From NCBI GenBank assembly GCA_007376385.1, contig VMGC01000003.1:37271-101270 (forward strand): 64,000 nucleotides of DNA, read 5' to 3'. The notes beneath the pieces were generated by a model. The model did not search any database. It had not been told where the DNA came from and saw only the letters and a list, made by a program, of their open reading frames with translations. The position numbers and the translations under genes are program-made. Source of the DNA: Parcubacteria group bacterium Gr01-1014_8. GTDB lineage: Bacteria > Patescibacteriota > Minisyncoccia > Phycocordibacterales > UBA2100. This document shows, in pieces, positions 18,108 through 27,969 of the stretch (its first letter is position 1; every line of letters begins with the position of its first letter).

Positions 18108-19853
18108 TTAAACATCTGTAGTCTCTGTTTCAGTTTTTGCTGCAACCTCCTTCTCGGTTTCATCTGCCAAAAGCAAGGTACTCAAGGAATCAATCTCAGA
18201 ATAAGGAACCATTTTTGCGAACGACTTCAGCATAGCATCCTCTCTCATCGTGAGCATTCCCTGCGCGCGAGACACCCGCCACAATTCCGACTCGACGGGA
18301 TTCTTTAGGACAATATGCTCGATGTCCGACCCCATTTCCATGACCTCAAAGACTGCCATTCTTCCCTTTAATCCTGTCATGCAGCCGGGTGATTTCTCCG
18401 GTTCAAATATTGTGTCCGGTACCTTGAATCGGTATTTTTCCGGAAGACTTGAAAGCTGCTCTTCGATGTTCTTTCTGATAGATGGCGTCATGGGGACTTC
18501 CTTCCCTGTCCCTGCACAGAGTGTGCGCACAAGCCGCTGGGCAACCGAAGCGATGAGAACAGGCGGAATAAGGTAGGGTTCCACGCCCATATCGATGAGC
18601 CTCGGAATCGTCCCAACTGCATCGTTCGTGTGGATGGTCGAGAGCACCAAGTGACCCGTAAGCGCCGCCTGCACGGCAAGTTTTGCCGTTTCTGCATCGC
18701 GGATCTCACCCACCATGATGATATCGGGGTCTTGTCGGAGTGTCGTACGAAGGCCAGTCGCGAAGGTGTATCCTATCTCAGGCCTGACTTGTGATTGCGT
18801 AATACCTTCCACGTAATACTCGATCGGATCTTCGAGTGAAAGCACGTTCTTATGTTCCCTGTCCAGCTCTGATAGCATTGAATACAACGTCGTCGATTTA
18901 CCGCTTCCCGTGGGACCCGAGATGAGTACCAAGCCGTGCGGCTGTTTTATCGCGTTGCGTAACAATTTCAGATTTCTCTCCGAGAGTCCGATTGAATCGA
19001 GGGGAATAAATCCCTTATCACGGTCAAGGATCCGAACAACAACCTTCTCACCATTGGATGAAGGAAATGTGGAAACACGAAAGTCTATCTGCCTTTGCTC
19101 AATAGAAGCAGAAAAACGTCCATCCTGTGGTTTTCGTTGTTCATCGAGCCGTATTGAGGCCAAAACCTTGATACGTGCGACAAGCGCTCGATGAGTATTT
19201 GCCGGCAGAATAACACTCGTATGAAGATCTCCATCCACTCGGTAACGAACGCGAACTCCCGTCGGTGTCGGTTCGATGTGGATGTCGGACGCATTACCAT
19301 CAATGGCATACCTAAGGATAGTGGACACTATCTTTATCGTCGGCGCATCCTCCTGAATGACTTGTGTCGGCCCCTCTTTCGGCTTTGCGTTCCCAAGGTC
19401 CAATAGCGCTTGATCCAATTCATCCGTCGGCGGCCGCGTGTCTGATTCAGTTTGCAAGTCAGACACCGCTTGGTCCACGTCACCACCGAGAACGCGATAC
19501 ATTGCAATGACCTTCTTGAGATCCTCTTCTGATATTCGGAACACTTTGAAAGGAACGCCGGTCTTTCGTGCGATGAAGTTCAACGCGTCGATGCCTTCGA
19601 TATCATCCGGATCAACCATGCCGACTTCCAAGACTCCTTCTTCAAGAGAAACGGGGGCAAAACGATAGTGCTCCGCCGCTTCTTGCGGAATGAACTTCAA
19701 CACTTCGTACGGGATTTTGGTGTCTCCGAGAGCCTTTGAAGGAATATCAACAGATATATCCCCCGCGGCTCCTGGGGAAAAGTTGCTCGGTACCGGATTT
19801 GTTACTATCGGCTGGATTATGGTCATACTACGTTCATCAACGTCACGCTGCAC
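18108..19853 (-). CDS. pilB: type IV pilus assembly ATPase PilB/GspE
   Basis: N-terminal GspII_E domain, Walker A LISGPTGSGKSTT, tetracysteine-less hexameric ATPase core. 581 aa. Confidence 0.9.
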   Translation of the reverse strand: MQRDVDERSMTIIQPIVTNPVPSNFSPGAAGDISVDIPSKALGDTKIPYEVLKFIPQEAAEHYRFAPVSLEEGVLEVGMVDPDDIEGIDALNFIARKTGVPFKVFRISEEDLKKVIAMYRVLGGDVDQAVSDLQTESDTRPPTDELDQALLDLGNAKPKEGPTQVIQEDAPTIKIVSTILRYAIDGNASDIHIEPTPTGVRVRYRVDGDLHTSVILPANTHRALVARIKVLASIRLDEQRKPQDGRFSASIEQRQIDFRVSTFPSSNGEKVVVRILDRDKGFIPLDSIGLSERNLKLLRNAIKQPHGLVLISGPTGSGKSTTLYSMLSELDREHKNVLSLEDPIEYYVEGITQSQVRPEIGYTFATGLRTTLRQDPDIIMVGEIRDAETAKLAVQAALTGHLVLSTIHTNDAVGTIPRLIDMGVEPYLIPPVLIASVAQRLVRTLCAGTGKEVPMTPSIRKNIEEQLSSLPEKYRFKVPDTIFEPEKSPGCMTGLKGRMAVFEVMEMGSDIEHIVLKNPVESELWRVSRAQGMLTMREDAMLKSFAKMVPYSEIDSLSTLLLADETEKEVAAKTETETTDV

Positions 19854-19952
19854 GCAAAAAACATGTATATCAGTGCTTCCCAGTATACCGCGCTTCGCTC
19901 GCTGTCACATTTCAACACTCAAGAACATCGAGACGGTCCCCTTCAAAAGCGG

Positions 19953-20315
19953 CTATCGGCGAGGCGACGTGCTTGTGGCCTGCTTTCCCTGTCCTGCATT
20001 GAGAGGAGCGAACGGATTCAAGCGTCCGACTGGTTCAGGTATGATTTGACTCCCAAAATCCTGCAGCGTTTGGAAGGCAGGGTCTGAAAAAATGCTTCCC
20101 TCCAGAGCAACTGCACGTAGTTGAAGGAGTGTGGCAACGAGGTCTTTGTCAGACGCGGTGCCGGCCGTTGTAAAGTCTTCTGTTACCAACAGATCCGGCG
20201 AGCTCGAATCACCGCTGAGTCCAAACCACGCTCCCACGCCCACTATTATGGCGAGGCCGCCGATGACAATTTTGTTTCTAACTATCATTTCAAACATATT
20301 CATTATTTTAGCCAA
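19953..20315 (-). CDS. PilP-like small membrane-anchored protein (hypothetical)
   Basis: One N-terminal TM helix plus a short periplasmic domain. The position between pilO and pilB is the only evidence. Confidence 0.3.
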   Translation of the reverse strand: MAKIMNMFEMIVRNKIVIGGLAIIVGVGAWFGLSGDSSSPDLLVTEDFTTAGTASDKDLVATLLQLRAVALEGSIFSDPAFQTLQDFGSQIIPEPVGRLNPFAPLNAGQGKQATSTSPRR

Positions 20316-20866
20316 TACGTCCTCACCGTTACGTCGTAGCGATACGTCGGATTGACCTGGGTCTGCTGCCCCTCAGCATTCATCGAGAGTGACACGAGAT
20401 CAACGATGCGCAAACTTTTCTCCAATTCTTCCATGAATTGCACAAAGCTTTCGTACGAGCCGGAAGTCGTGAATTTGAATGTTAGGGAGTCAAAGGCGCG
20501 ATTGCCGCCGCCTATCACGCCGCTCACGGTTTTTGTAGCTTCTGCTGGCGTGCCAATGACGACATTCTGGAGTCCGAGCCCGAATCTGCTTGCGATATTG
20601 TCGAGGTCCAGAACGAGTCGCACATTGTCAACGTGATCCGGCAGCAATTTATGCAAGCGTTCTATGTCTTGCGGATCAAACGCATTGTAACGGGAGAGGA
20701 GAGATTGTTTTAATCGCTGCAATTCTCCCGCCTTGTCCAAGGCCTGGTTATATTCAGTTATTTGCGCTTGCAGGACACGGGTTTGATCGTACGTCGGTTT
20801 CGTATAAAAAAAGAAGATCGCAACGGACATTGCAAGTCCCGCAATAGCTATAATGGTACGTGACAT
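20303..20866 (-). CDS. pilO: pilus assembly protein PilO-like
   Basis: N-terminal TM helix, coiled-coil and ferredoxin-like C-terminal domain. Synteny pilM-N-O. Confidence 0.55.
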   Translation of the reverse strand: MSRTIIAIAGLAMSVAIFFFYTKPTYDQTRVLQAQITEYNQALDKAGELQRLKQSLLSRYNAFDPQDIERLHKLLPDHVDNVRLVLDLDNIASRFGLGLQNVVIGTPAEATKTVSGVIGGGNRAFDSLTFKFTTSGSYESFVQFMEELEKSLRIVDLVSLSMNAEGQQTQVNPTYRYDVTVRTYWLK

Positions 20867-20871
20867 ATATC

Positions 20872-21549
20872 TTATTGCGCGTCGGTACTCTCCGGTAGTC
20901 CTTCAGGAGGAAGCGGGAGAGCGCCGGTTGGTTGTTGTTGCTCTTGCACCTCCGGAGCTGCTACTGCGCCAAATTGGCCATACCGCAAGGCTGAAGGGTT
21001 TACGAGTGCCCCAAGGTCAAAGTGTACGCCGTCTATTTGCCTATTGATGTTAGAAAATATGGGACTTGCGATGGCGCCGCTTTTGCTGAGGTAATCCGCC
21101 TGCAAGGCTATCGAGTTTACACTCATGGCGATACCTCGCATTTTTACGTTCATGTTATGCGCATCGACTGCTTGAAAATCAAGATTGGTGAACGCAACTG
21201 TCTGAAGCGTCAGTTGCTCAAGCAAATGGAAAAAGATGGAAGGTGCGATGTGTTCAGAGAGCACCTGGTCGGCTGCACTCATGCGGTCGTCCAAACGCGT
21301 TAATTCCTGGATGAGCGCCGGTTCAAACGCAGCCTTTGCTCTCTCGAGTTGTTCAAGCTTGCTTGAAGTGGAGGTCTTCAAAAATTGTTCATAGAGAAAC
21401 ACTCCGACCGCCAAAGCGACAGACGCCACGAGCAGTACTATCGCGATGAGGACAAAAAGGTCGGAGAGACCAGGGCCGCGACTATACGATGGCGCAGCCG
21501 GAATGGTCGCGTCCCGAGGAATGAATGAAGATTTAATGCCGGTTTCCAT
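20872..21549 (-). CDS. pilN: pilus assembly protein PilN-like
   Basis: TM helix plus coiled coil. Immediately downstream of pilM. Confidence 0.5.
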   Translation of the reverse strand: METGIKSSFIPRDATIPAAPSYSRGPGLSDLFVLIAIVLLVASVALAVGVFLYEQFLKTSTSSKLEQLERAKAAFEPALIQELTRLDDRMSAADQVLSEHIAPSIFFHLLEQLTLQTVAFTNLDFQAVDAHNMNVKMRGIAMSVNSIALQADYLSKSGAIASPIFSNINRQIDGVHFDLGALVNPSALRYGQFGAVAAPEVQEQQQPTGALPLPPEGLPESTDAQ

Positions 21550-21558
21550 AAAAACTGT

Positions 21559-22710
21559 TCAGCGGTGCTGCAACTCACGAAGCGCTAACCCCACCGCAAC
21601 TGCAAACCCTGGACCGATCTCGCGAAGAACCTTGTCGAGAAACGCAGGCGTCTCAGTTCTCGCGAACGGATTCGCTATCTCGACTTCTGTTTGCAATAGT
21701 TCGTTCGCGTGAGCGGCAAGGCCGGGAAGAGAAGCTCCGCCACCAGTAAGTATCGCGCGCGATACATTTTTGTTGTATCGCTTCCCGTAGCTCAATAGTA
21801 CCCGATTCGCTTCCGAAAACACTCGTTCAAGTGTTGATAACAGAGCAACCTTTATTTTGTCGTTCTCATCAGCTGAAAATGCCGAGGCTTCCACAAGGCC
21901 ATGTTCCCTTTTTATCCTCTCCGCCTTTTCGAAATCCCAGTTCAAGGAACGCGCAAGGTTCTCCGTCATATGCTGCCCCCCGTGTGTTACGAGATGTGTT
22001 ACCCGCACGATGCCTTTCTCCACCACATACATCTTCGTTGTCGCAGCGCCTAGGTCTATGACAAGAACCGGAGCCATTCCATGGCCAAGAGATGAGCGTA
22101 TCGCACTGAAGATCTCTATTTCATAGAATTTTATGGAGAGCCCCGTTTCAGATGCTATGGTCTGATATGCACGTACGGTCTCATTGTGTATCGCAACCAA
22201 GAGCACCTCCTGGCCCTTTGATTGCATCGGTGTTTTTTCGGTTATGCGATCAAATGCGGCTTCCTCAGCCTCATCTTGCGGTATAACGAACCAATCGAGC
22301 ATAACTTCTGAAGCCGGCAACGGAATATATTTGCGAGCCTCGATAGGGATCATTCGTTTTAACTGGTCCGAATCAACTTTTGGCATATCAAGCACCGAGA
22401 CAAGGCTTGACGAGAATGGAATTGAAAGGCCCCCAGCGCGTGCTGTCACGTTGGCTTCGCGAATAAGATCGAGAATGGCTTCGGCGGTCTTTTCTGGCGT
22501 TAATTTGACGGCCTTCCCAATAGAAACGTCCCCATACGGTCCGAGGGCTATCTCGCCATATGTCTCAAGGATCGCAGCGCCATGGGCAGGCCGAAGTTGT
22601 ACTATTTTTGCCGATGAGGCGCCAATATCAATACCAAGTACACTTCCTGTTCCCGACTTGAATCCGAGTGAGGCACCTAGTTGCGAGAAGGATGGAAGTG
22701 AAAAAGCCAT
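21559..22710 (-). CDS. pilM: type IV pilus assembly protein PilM (actin-like ATPase fold)
   Basis: VLGIDIGASSAKIV phosphate-1 motif and FtsA-like domain order. 383 aa. Confidence 0.8.
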   Translation of the reverse strand: MAFSLPSFSQLGASLGFKSGTGSVLGIDIGASSAKIVQLRPAHGAAILETYGEIALGPYGDVSIGKAVKLTPEKTAEAILDLIREANVTARAGGLSIPFSSSLVSVLDMPKVDSDQLKRMIPIEARKYIPLPASEVMLDWFVIPQDEAEEAAFDRITEKTPMQSKGQEVLLVAIHNETVRAYQTIASETGLSIKFYEIEIFSAIRSSLGHGMAPVLVIDLGAATTKMYVVEKGIVRVTHLVTHGGQHMTENLARSLNWDFEKAERIKREHGLVEASAFSADENDKIKVALLSTLERVFSEANRVLLSYGKRYNKNVSRAILTGGGASLPGLAAHANELLQTEVEIANPFARTETPAFLDKVLREIGPGFAVAVGLALRELQHR

Positions 22711-22816
22711 ATACTTGCTAAAGAGTCCAGACGTTAACAGTTATACAAAGAAGCATACGGCAACGGAAAAAAGCCGAATGGCACGTGAGCGAATTGTACC
22801 ATGGCTAAAGCTGGCC

Positions 22817-23143
22817 CTATTCAATACCATCTATCTTAGCAGCAAGAATGAAGTCGTTTTCTGATAGTCCATGCATCGAATGTGTCGAGAGTTCCACCCC
22901 AACCCCACCCCACTTCAAGACAATGTCCGGATGATGACCTTCGGCTTCTGCAATTTCGCCAATTTTGTTCACAAACGCGAGTGCTTCCTTAAAATCCTTC
23001 AGCTTAAAGGAGCGGGACATCTTTTTTGCGTCATCCGACAGCCGCCACTCTGGAGTTTGTTTCCTCAGTGTCTCTGCCTCATCTCGCGTCAGCGGTACAG
23101 CGCCCACCTCGCATGGTATGCATTTTTTCTGCAGCAACGTCAT
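22817..23143 (-). CDS. phhB: pterin-4a-carbinolamine dehydratase (ORF track runs to 23236)
   Basis: EGHHPD catalytic motif and about 100-aa PCD fold. Confidence 0.8.
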   Translation of the reverse strand: MTLLQKKCIPCEVGAVPLTRDEAETLRKQTPEWRLSDDAKKMSRSFKLKDFKEALAFVNKIGEIAEAEGHHPDIVLKWGGVGVELSTHSMHGLSENDFILAAKIDGIE

Positions 23144-23157
23144 GACACAATAGTAGC

Positions 23158-23802
23158 ATGATGCGTTTTTTTCGAGCCATATTTGATGCGATTCTCCCGC
23201 AAAAAGCACGGGTCGCACGAACACAGACCTACACATTGAAAGATTTGGAGCTTTCGCCTACGACTCACGAAGCATACGGAGTACAGATAACAACGCTGAT
23301 GTCATATCGAACGAAAGCAGTTGAAGATCTCATCCGCGCTTTGAAATATGACGGGGCAAAACACGCATCACATGCCCTCGCAGAAGCACTTGGAGAATAT
23401 CTGCAAGAAGAGATCGCCCACATCAAGCTGTTTTCCTCAAAATCAGTGCTTCTCGTTCCTATATCCCTTCACAGTGAACGTCTTCGAGAACGCGGATTTA
23501 ATCAGATAGAAGTTGTGCTCAATGCATTGCCAGAAGAATTCAAGAACGGGAAGCTCACAACTCTCTCGCCTCGTACGCTCACGCGCATTCGCAACACCCC
23601 ACAACAAACAAGGCTTTCAAGAAATGAACGTCTGAAGAACGTAGAAGGTGCGTTCGCCGTTTCGGACGAAAAGACGCTTCAAGATACGCATGTCATTCTC
23701 ATTGATGATGTAACAACTACCGGAGCAACGCTTTCGAGTGCGGCACAAACACTCAAGAAAACAGGAGTATCATTTTCAATGATTGCTCTCGCACGAGCAT
23801 AA
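23158..23802 (+). CDS. comFC: ComF family protein (phosphoribosyltransferase domain)
   Basis: C-terminal PRTase motif VILIDDVTTTGATL. The length of 214 aa is typical of ComFC. Confidence 0.75.
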   Translation: MMRFFRAIFDAILPQKARVARTQTYTLKDLELSPTTHEAYGVQITTLMSYRTKAVEDLIRALKYDGAKHASHALAEALGEYLQEEIAHIKLFSSKSVLLVPISLHSERLRERGFNQIEVVLNALPEEFKNGKLTTLSPRTLTRIRNTPQQTRLSRNERLKNVEGAFAVSDEKTLQDTHVILIDDVTTTGATLSSAAQTLKKTGVSFSMIALARA

Positions 23803-23913
23803 ACTGCGGGCTTGGCGGGATTCAGACTTTGTAAGCGAGGCATCACAAGGGTATCTTAGCGAGTTTCTTGAGAGGTTATTGAGGTGTCTGGATCGCCCCA
23901 ACTGTACGGCGTG

Positions 23914-24504
23914 TTATTCGAGTGACACACCTATATCGCCATCAAACTGGCCCTGCTTTACGTTGATACTGTTTGCCTTGATGAAATTTCTGTAGACAAG
24001 TTTGCCAGCAATATCTAACTTATGGAATATCTCCATATAATTCCAGAATATGCCTTTGCTATATTTCGAATACTGTTTTTGATGAAGAGTCTCATTTGCT
24101 GCTTTATCTTTTTTAATGTCGCCCCATAAAGTCGTAATCGCATTTTGAACATCGCTTGCAAAAGATGGCACGTAGATAAGAAGTCCCTGATTAAAGAAAC
24201 CTAAATGTTCGCTCTGTGCAGACGGGTCCGCAGTAGGAACAACTGCGCCCTTTGCGACATAGCTATGCGATACTCCGTTTCGAAACAACTCATAAATCAA
24301 TTCTGCAATTGGATGATATTGAGGCGGCATGTACACACTCTTGCAAAAGGCAACAAAGTTATTCTTGGTAGTACCGGGCCCGGTTTTTCCTGTTATGAAA
24401 CTCCCACACATTTCCATGGCGGTAAATACCGCACTTGCCCACAGGAGGGTGCCTTTTTCATTTGGGCCGATAGAGTTTACTAAGTCCTCGAAAAAGATTG
24501 CCAT
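23914..24504 (-). CDS. hypothetical protein with HEPN-type Rx4HxY motif
   Basis: LFRNGVSHSY matches the Rx4HxY motif of HepT/Abi-type HEPN RNases. No other recognisable domain. 196 aa. Confidence 0.4.
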   Translation of the reverse strand: MAIFFEDLVNSIGPNEKGTLLWASAVFTAMEMCGSFITGKTGPGTTKNNFVAFCKSVYMPPQYHPIAELIYELFRNGVSHSYVAKGAVVPTADPSAQSEHLGFFNQGLLIYVPSFASDVQNAITTLWGDIKKDKAANETLHQKQYSKYSKGIFWNYMEIFHKLDIAGKLVYRNFIKANSINVKQGQFDGDIGVSLE

Positions 24505-24722
24505 ATTGAAAATTGTAGCTCCGACTGTGCTCTTCGGGTACTCGGGTCAGTCCGATAAAAAAGTCTTCGGGCGGTGAGATATTAGTCTTTGCTCGAACCC
24601 ACTTCGCACGCGCGGAGCGCGTGGTGGCTTGAAACTGAAGCGTACGCCCCGATTCCGCTGACTCTCGCCTCTGCCGCGCCGCTTTGCGGCGCGGCTCTGT
24701 CCGAACTCGAAGTTTCTATCTG

Positions 24723-24811
24723 CGGAGAGGGAGGGATTCGAACCCTCGAGACAGTTTTACCCGCCTAACACGTTAGCACCGTGCCGCCTTCGACCACTCG
24801 GCCACCTCTCC
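24723..24811 (-). tRNA. tRNA-Ser (anticodon GCU), long variable arm
   Basis: Acceptor GGAGAGG/CCTCTCC, anticodon loop with GCT, a roughly 17-nt variable arm, T-arm GAGGG-TTCGAAT-CCCTC. Confidence 0.85.
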
Positions 24812-25000
24812 CTCGATTCGCTTACGCGAATCATATCGGAAGGAGGCCTCGCCCTTCGGGCTCCCTAAAGCCTGCTCGGCACTTGCCTCGCATTGGCTTT
24901 TTCCGCATTCGCGGAATCGGATGAAATAGACGCCAGGTCATATTTCATGGCCACCTCTCCAACCGCACTACCCTATCATAGAACAATAGGGTTTTCTAAA

Positions 25001-25354
25001 TCACAAAACTTTGTGTATCAACCAAGAGAGAAGCGACAGAACGATGGCACCCAATACCGCACTCCAGAAACCTGCGATAGAAAATCCTGGCACTATCCAC
25101 GTCATTGCATAAAAAAGAAATGCGTTCAAAACAAAAGCAAACAGTCCGAATGTGATGAGAGTGATCGGGAATGTAAGGATCTGCAGAACGGGACGAATAA
25201 CGGTTACAATGACTGACCATACGAGTGCGACTAAAAGAACTGTCGTCCATCCGCCTGCAATTGTTATGCCTGGGACAATGTTGACGGTTAATAGCACCGC
25301 CGCGACGTTCCCTGCATATTTCAAGAGAAAGTGCATGCGTTCATGATACGACAT
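25001..25354 (-). CDS. DUF360 / phage-holin-4-2 family membrane protein
   Basis: 117 aa with four TM helices. The pattern VPG..I.G.W.A.L.A.V...L...IRP...L..P resembles the YvlD/holin superfamily IV. Confidence 0.55.
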   Translation of the reverse strand: MSYHERMHFLLKYAGNVAAVLLTVNIVPGITIAGGWTTVLLVALVWSVIVTVIRPVLQILTFPITLITFGLFAFVLNAFLFYAMTWIVPGFSIAGFWSAVLGAIVLSLLSWLIHKVL

Positions 25355-25715
25355 AAAGCACTCCCAGGCAAAACACCCGCCAGCTTTCGGCTGATGGGTG
25401 TCTTTTAGTTCCGAATTTCAGCGCTACTCCTGTTCTTCCTCTGCCATGCCTTCCAACAGGTCTTCATCCAGCTCTTCACTTTCCTCGGCTGGTTCATTCC
25501 CCTCATCATCGTTAGACATCATCATAGATATGCAACGCTATCCTGATAACGAGCATTCGCTCGATATCGTGTCTTCGCGGGGATGACAATGAAAGCAAGC
25601 TTTCGCTTCGCATCCTCGCTAGCCACGATAACACCGCTATCGTACCGATACCTACCCCGCGTGCAAGCGATAGGGGTGTGAATAACTTTTGGGGAGCATA
25701 TAATTCCTCTACCTC

Positions 25716-27884
25716 ATGAACGCCTCCGATACCATCACCGCGCATTTTCGCCTCACTAAGCCACAAATTGCGGCTCTCCGACGACTTGGACTAATAACTA
25801 TTGCTGATATCTTGCGCCATTTTCCTGCACGCTATGAGAGAGCCGGCGAATCATCAGACATCTCCCATTTGGTAGCGGGACAAAAAGTAACCCTCTATGG
25901 AGAGTTATCGAAACTTGAAGCAAAGCGATTATGGAAAAGTCGCCGCACAGCAACAGAAGGTATCTTCGAAGACGCGACCGGAAAAGTGAAAGTGCTCTGG
26001 TTCAATCAACCTTACATCGCAAAAATGGCGCCGCAAATGCAGCTTGTTAAATTAACAGGTTCCGTTGCCGGCAAAAACAAACCATATATCACTAATCCTG
26101 AAATTGAGACGTTGCCACCAGGCTTCATACCTCCGGTGCAAAGTGAAAAATTGTTCAACGTGGCACGATCTGAACCAACACCAACCTCCATTTTCCCCGT
26201 CTATCCGGAAACGCGCGGTATTACGTCTCGTTGGTTCTTTCACGCCTTGGAACGCATTTTTGGATCGAACACACATATCACGCTCGAAGATCCTCTCCCA
26301 AGTAATGTACGAGAAAGATACCACCTACCCGATCTTTCTACATCGCTTATGTGGGCGCATAAGCCGGAAAAGGAATCGCATGCAGAAGTCGCGCGAAAAC
26401 GTTTTGCGTTCGAAGAAATTTTTGTGCTCAACGTCATGCGTGCGAAAGAACGCGCAGAAAATGACGCACTGCCTTCATTTCAAATAGATAATGCAAAAGA
26501 ACATGCAGTGCATTTTCTCGAAAGCGTGTCGTTCAAAGCGACGCGCGCGCAGCATGTAGCGATAGAAGACATCCTCGCTGATCTTAAGAAAAATCACCCG
26601 ATGGCACGGCTCCTCGAAGGTGATGTTGGAAGCGGCAAAACCCTTGTCGCCGCAGCGACTGCATATGCGATCGTAAATTCAAGACCTCGAGGACAGACCT
26701 TCGGCACGCTCCAGGTCGGTTATATGGCGCCGACCGAGATCTTGGCAACGCAGCATTTCCAATCGTTCATCGAATATTTCCGACATCTGCCGATTAATAT
26801 TGCCCTCATCACTGGTAGTGGATGTAAAAAATTCCCGTCAAGATCCCACCCCGAAAAAGCAACAGATATCTCACGCTCGCAATTGTTGAAATGGGTAGCG
26901 AGCGGCGAAATAGCGATGCTCGTCGGGACTCATACGCTCATCCAAAAGGCGGTTCAATTCAAACACCTCGCATATGCCATCGTAGACGAACAGCATCGGT
27001 TTGGCACAAAGCAAAGGCGTGAGCTCGCACGAAAGGGCGACAAAACGCCACATTTCCTCAGTATGACCGCAACCCCCATACCGCGCACGCTGGCCCTCAC
27101 GATGTACGGCGACCTGGATCTATCCATTCTGGATGAGCTACCGCCTGGACGCGCAAAAATAACTACCCGTATCATCAAACCGAACGAACGCAGCCTTGCA
27201 TACGAGGCGGTAAGAACAGAACTTGCAAAGGGAAGGCAGGCGTTCATCATTTGTCCTCGCATCGAAGAGCCTGACCCGACAAAACTGAACGCACTGCAGG
27301 CAAAGTCCGCAAAAGCAGAGGCAAAACGATTGAAAGCAGAGATATTCCCCGAGTACCGCATAGGCCTGCTTCATGGCAGCGTGAAAACAAAAGAAAAAGA
27401 CGAGGTCATGCGAAAATTCGCCGCACACGAAATAGATATCTTGGTTGCAACATCCGTCGTAGAAGTCGGCATTAACGTCCCGAACGCAACCGTCATGCTC
27501 ATTGAAGGAGCTGAGCGGTTCGGACTTGCTCAGTTGCACCAATTACGCGGACGCATCATGCGTTCCTCGCATCCGCCGCTGTGTTTTCTCTTGCCTGAGA
27601 AAAAGGGCGAAATGGCAATGAAGAGGTTAAAGGCGTTAGAAAAAAGCGATAACGGATTTGAGCTCGCAGAATCAGATCTCGAGACGCGGGGCGCAGGCGA
27701 TCTCATAGGACGAAAACAATGGGGCATGACAGACCTCGGTATGGAAGCGCTGAAGAACATCAAACTCATCCGCGCTGCGCGCATCGAGGCTGCTGCGCTC
27801 ATCAAAGAGGACCCCGGCCTTTCAAAGCATTCTGCACTCAAAAACCGTGTAGCGTCCACGTCTGCGACATCACATCAAGAATAA
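25716..27884 (+). CDS. recG: ATP-dependent DNA helicase RecG
   Basis: N-terminal wedge domain, Walker A DVGSGKTLVA, DEQH box (VDEQHRFG), 722 aa. Confidence 0.9.
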   Translation: MNASDTITAHFRLTKPQIAALRRLGLITIADILRHFPARYERAGESSDISHLVAGQKVTLYGELSKLEAKRLWKSRRTATEGIFEDATGKVKVLWFNQPYIAKMAPQMQLVKLTGSVAGKNKPYITNPEIETLPPGFIPPVQSEKLFNVARSEPTPTSIFPVYPETRGITSRWFFHALERIFGSNTHITLEDPLPSNVRERYHLPDLSTSLMWAHKPEKESHAEVARKRFAFEEIFVLNVMRAKERAENDALPSFQIDNAKEHAVHFLESVSFKATRAQHVAIEDILADLKKNHPMARLLEGDVGSGKTLVAAATAYAIVNSRPRGQTFGTLQVGYMAPTEILATQHFQSFIEYFRHLPINIALITGSGCKKFPSRSHPEKATDISRSQLLKWVASGEIAMLVGTHTLIQKAVQFKHLAYAIVDEQHRFGTKQRRELARKGDKTPHFLSMTATPIPRTLALTMYGDLDLSILDELPPGRAKITTRIIKPNERSLAYEAVRTELAKGRQAFIICPRIEEPDPTKLNALQAKSAKAEAKRLKAEIFPEYRIGLLHGSVKTKEKDEVMRKFAAHEIDILVATSVVEVGINVPNATVMLIEGAERFGLAQLHQLRGRIMRSSHPPLCFLLPEKKGEMAMKRLKALEKSDNGFELAESDLETRGAGDLIGRKQWGMTDLGMEALKNIKLIRAARIEAAALIKEDPGLSKHSALKNRVASTSATSHQE

Positions 27885-27969
27885 AGGGAGGTCCCCTTTG
27901 TTGTCTCCTCGGCTCGGAAATACGAGAAGTTCTGCTCTCACATTCCTCTCGCAACGCTCGCCAATGGTC

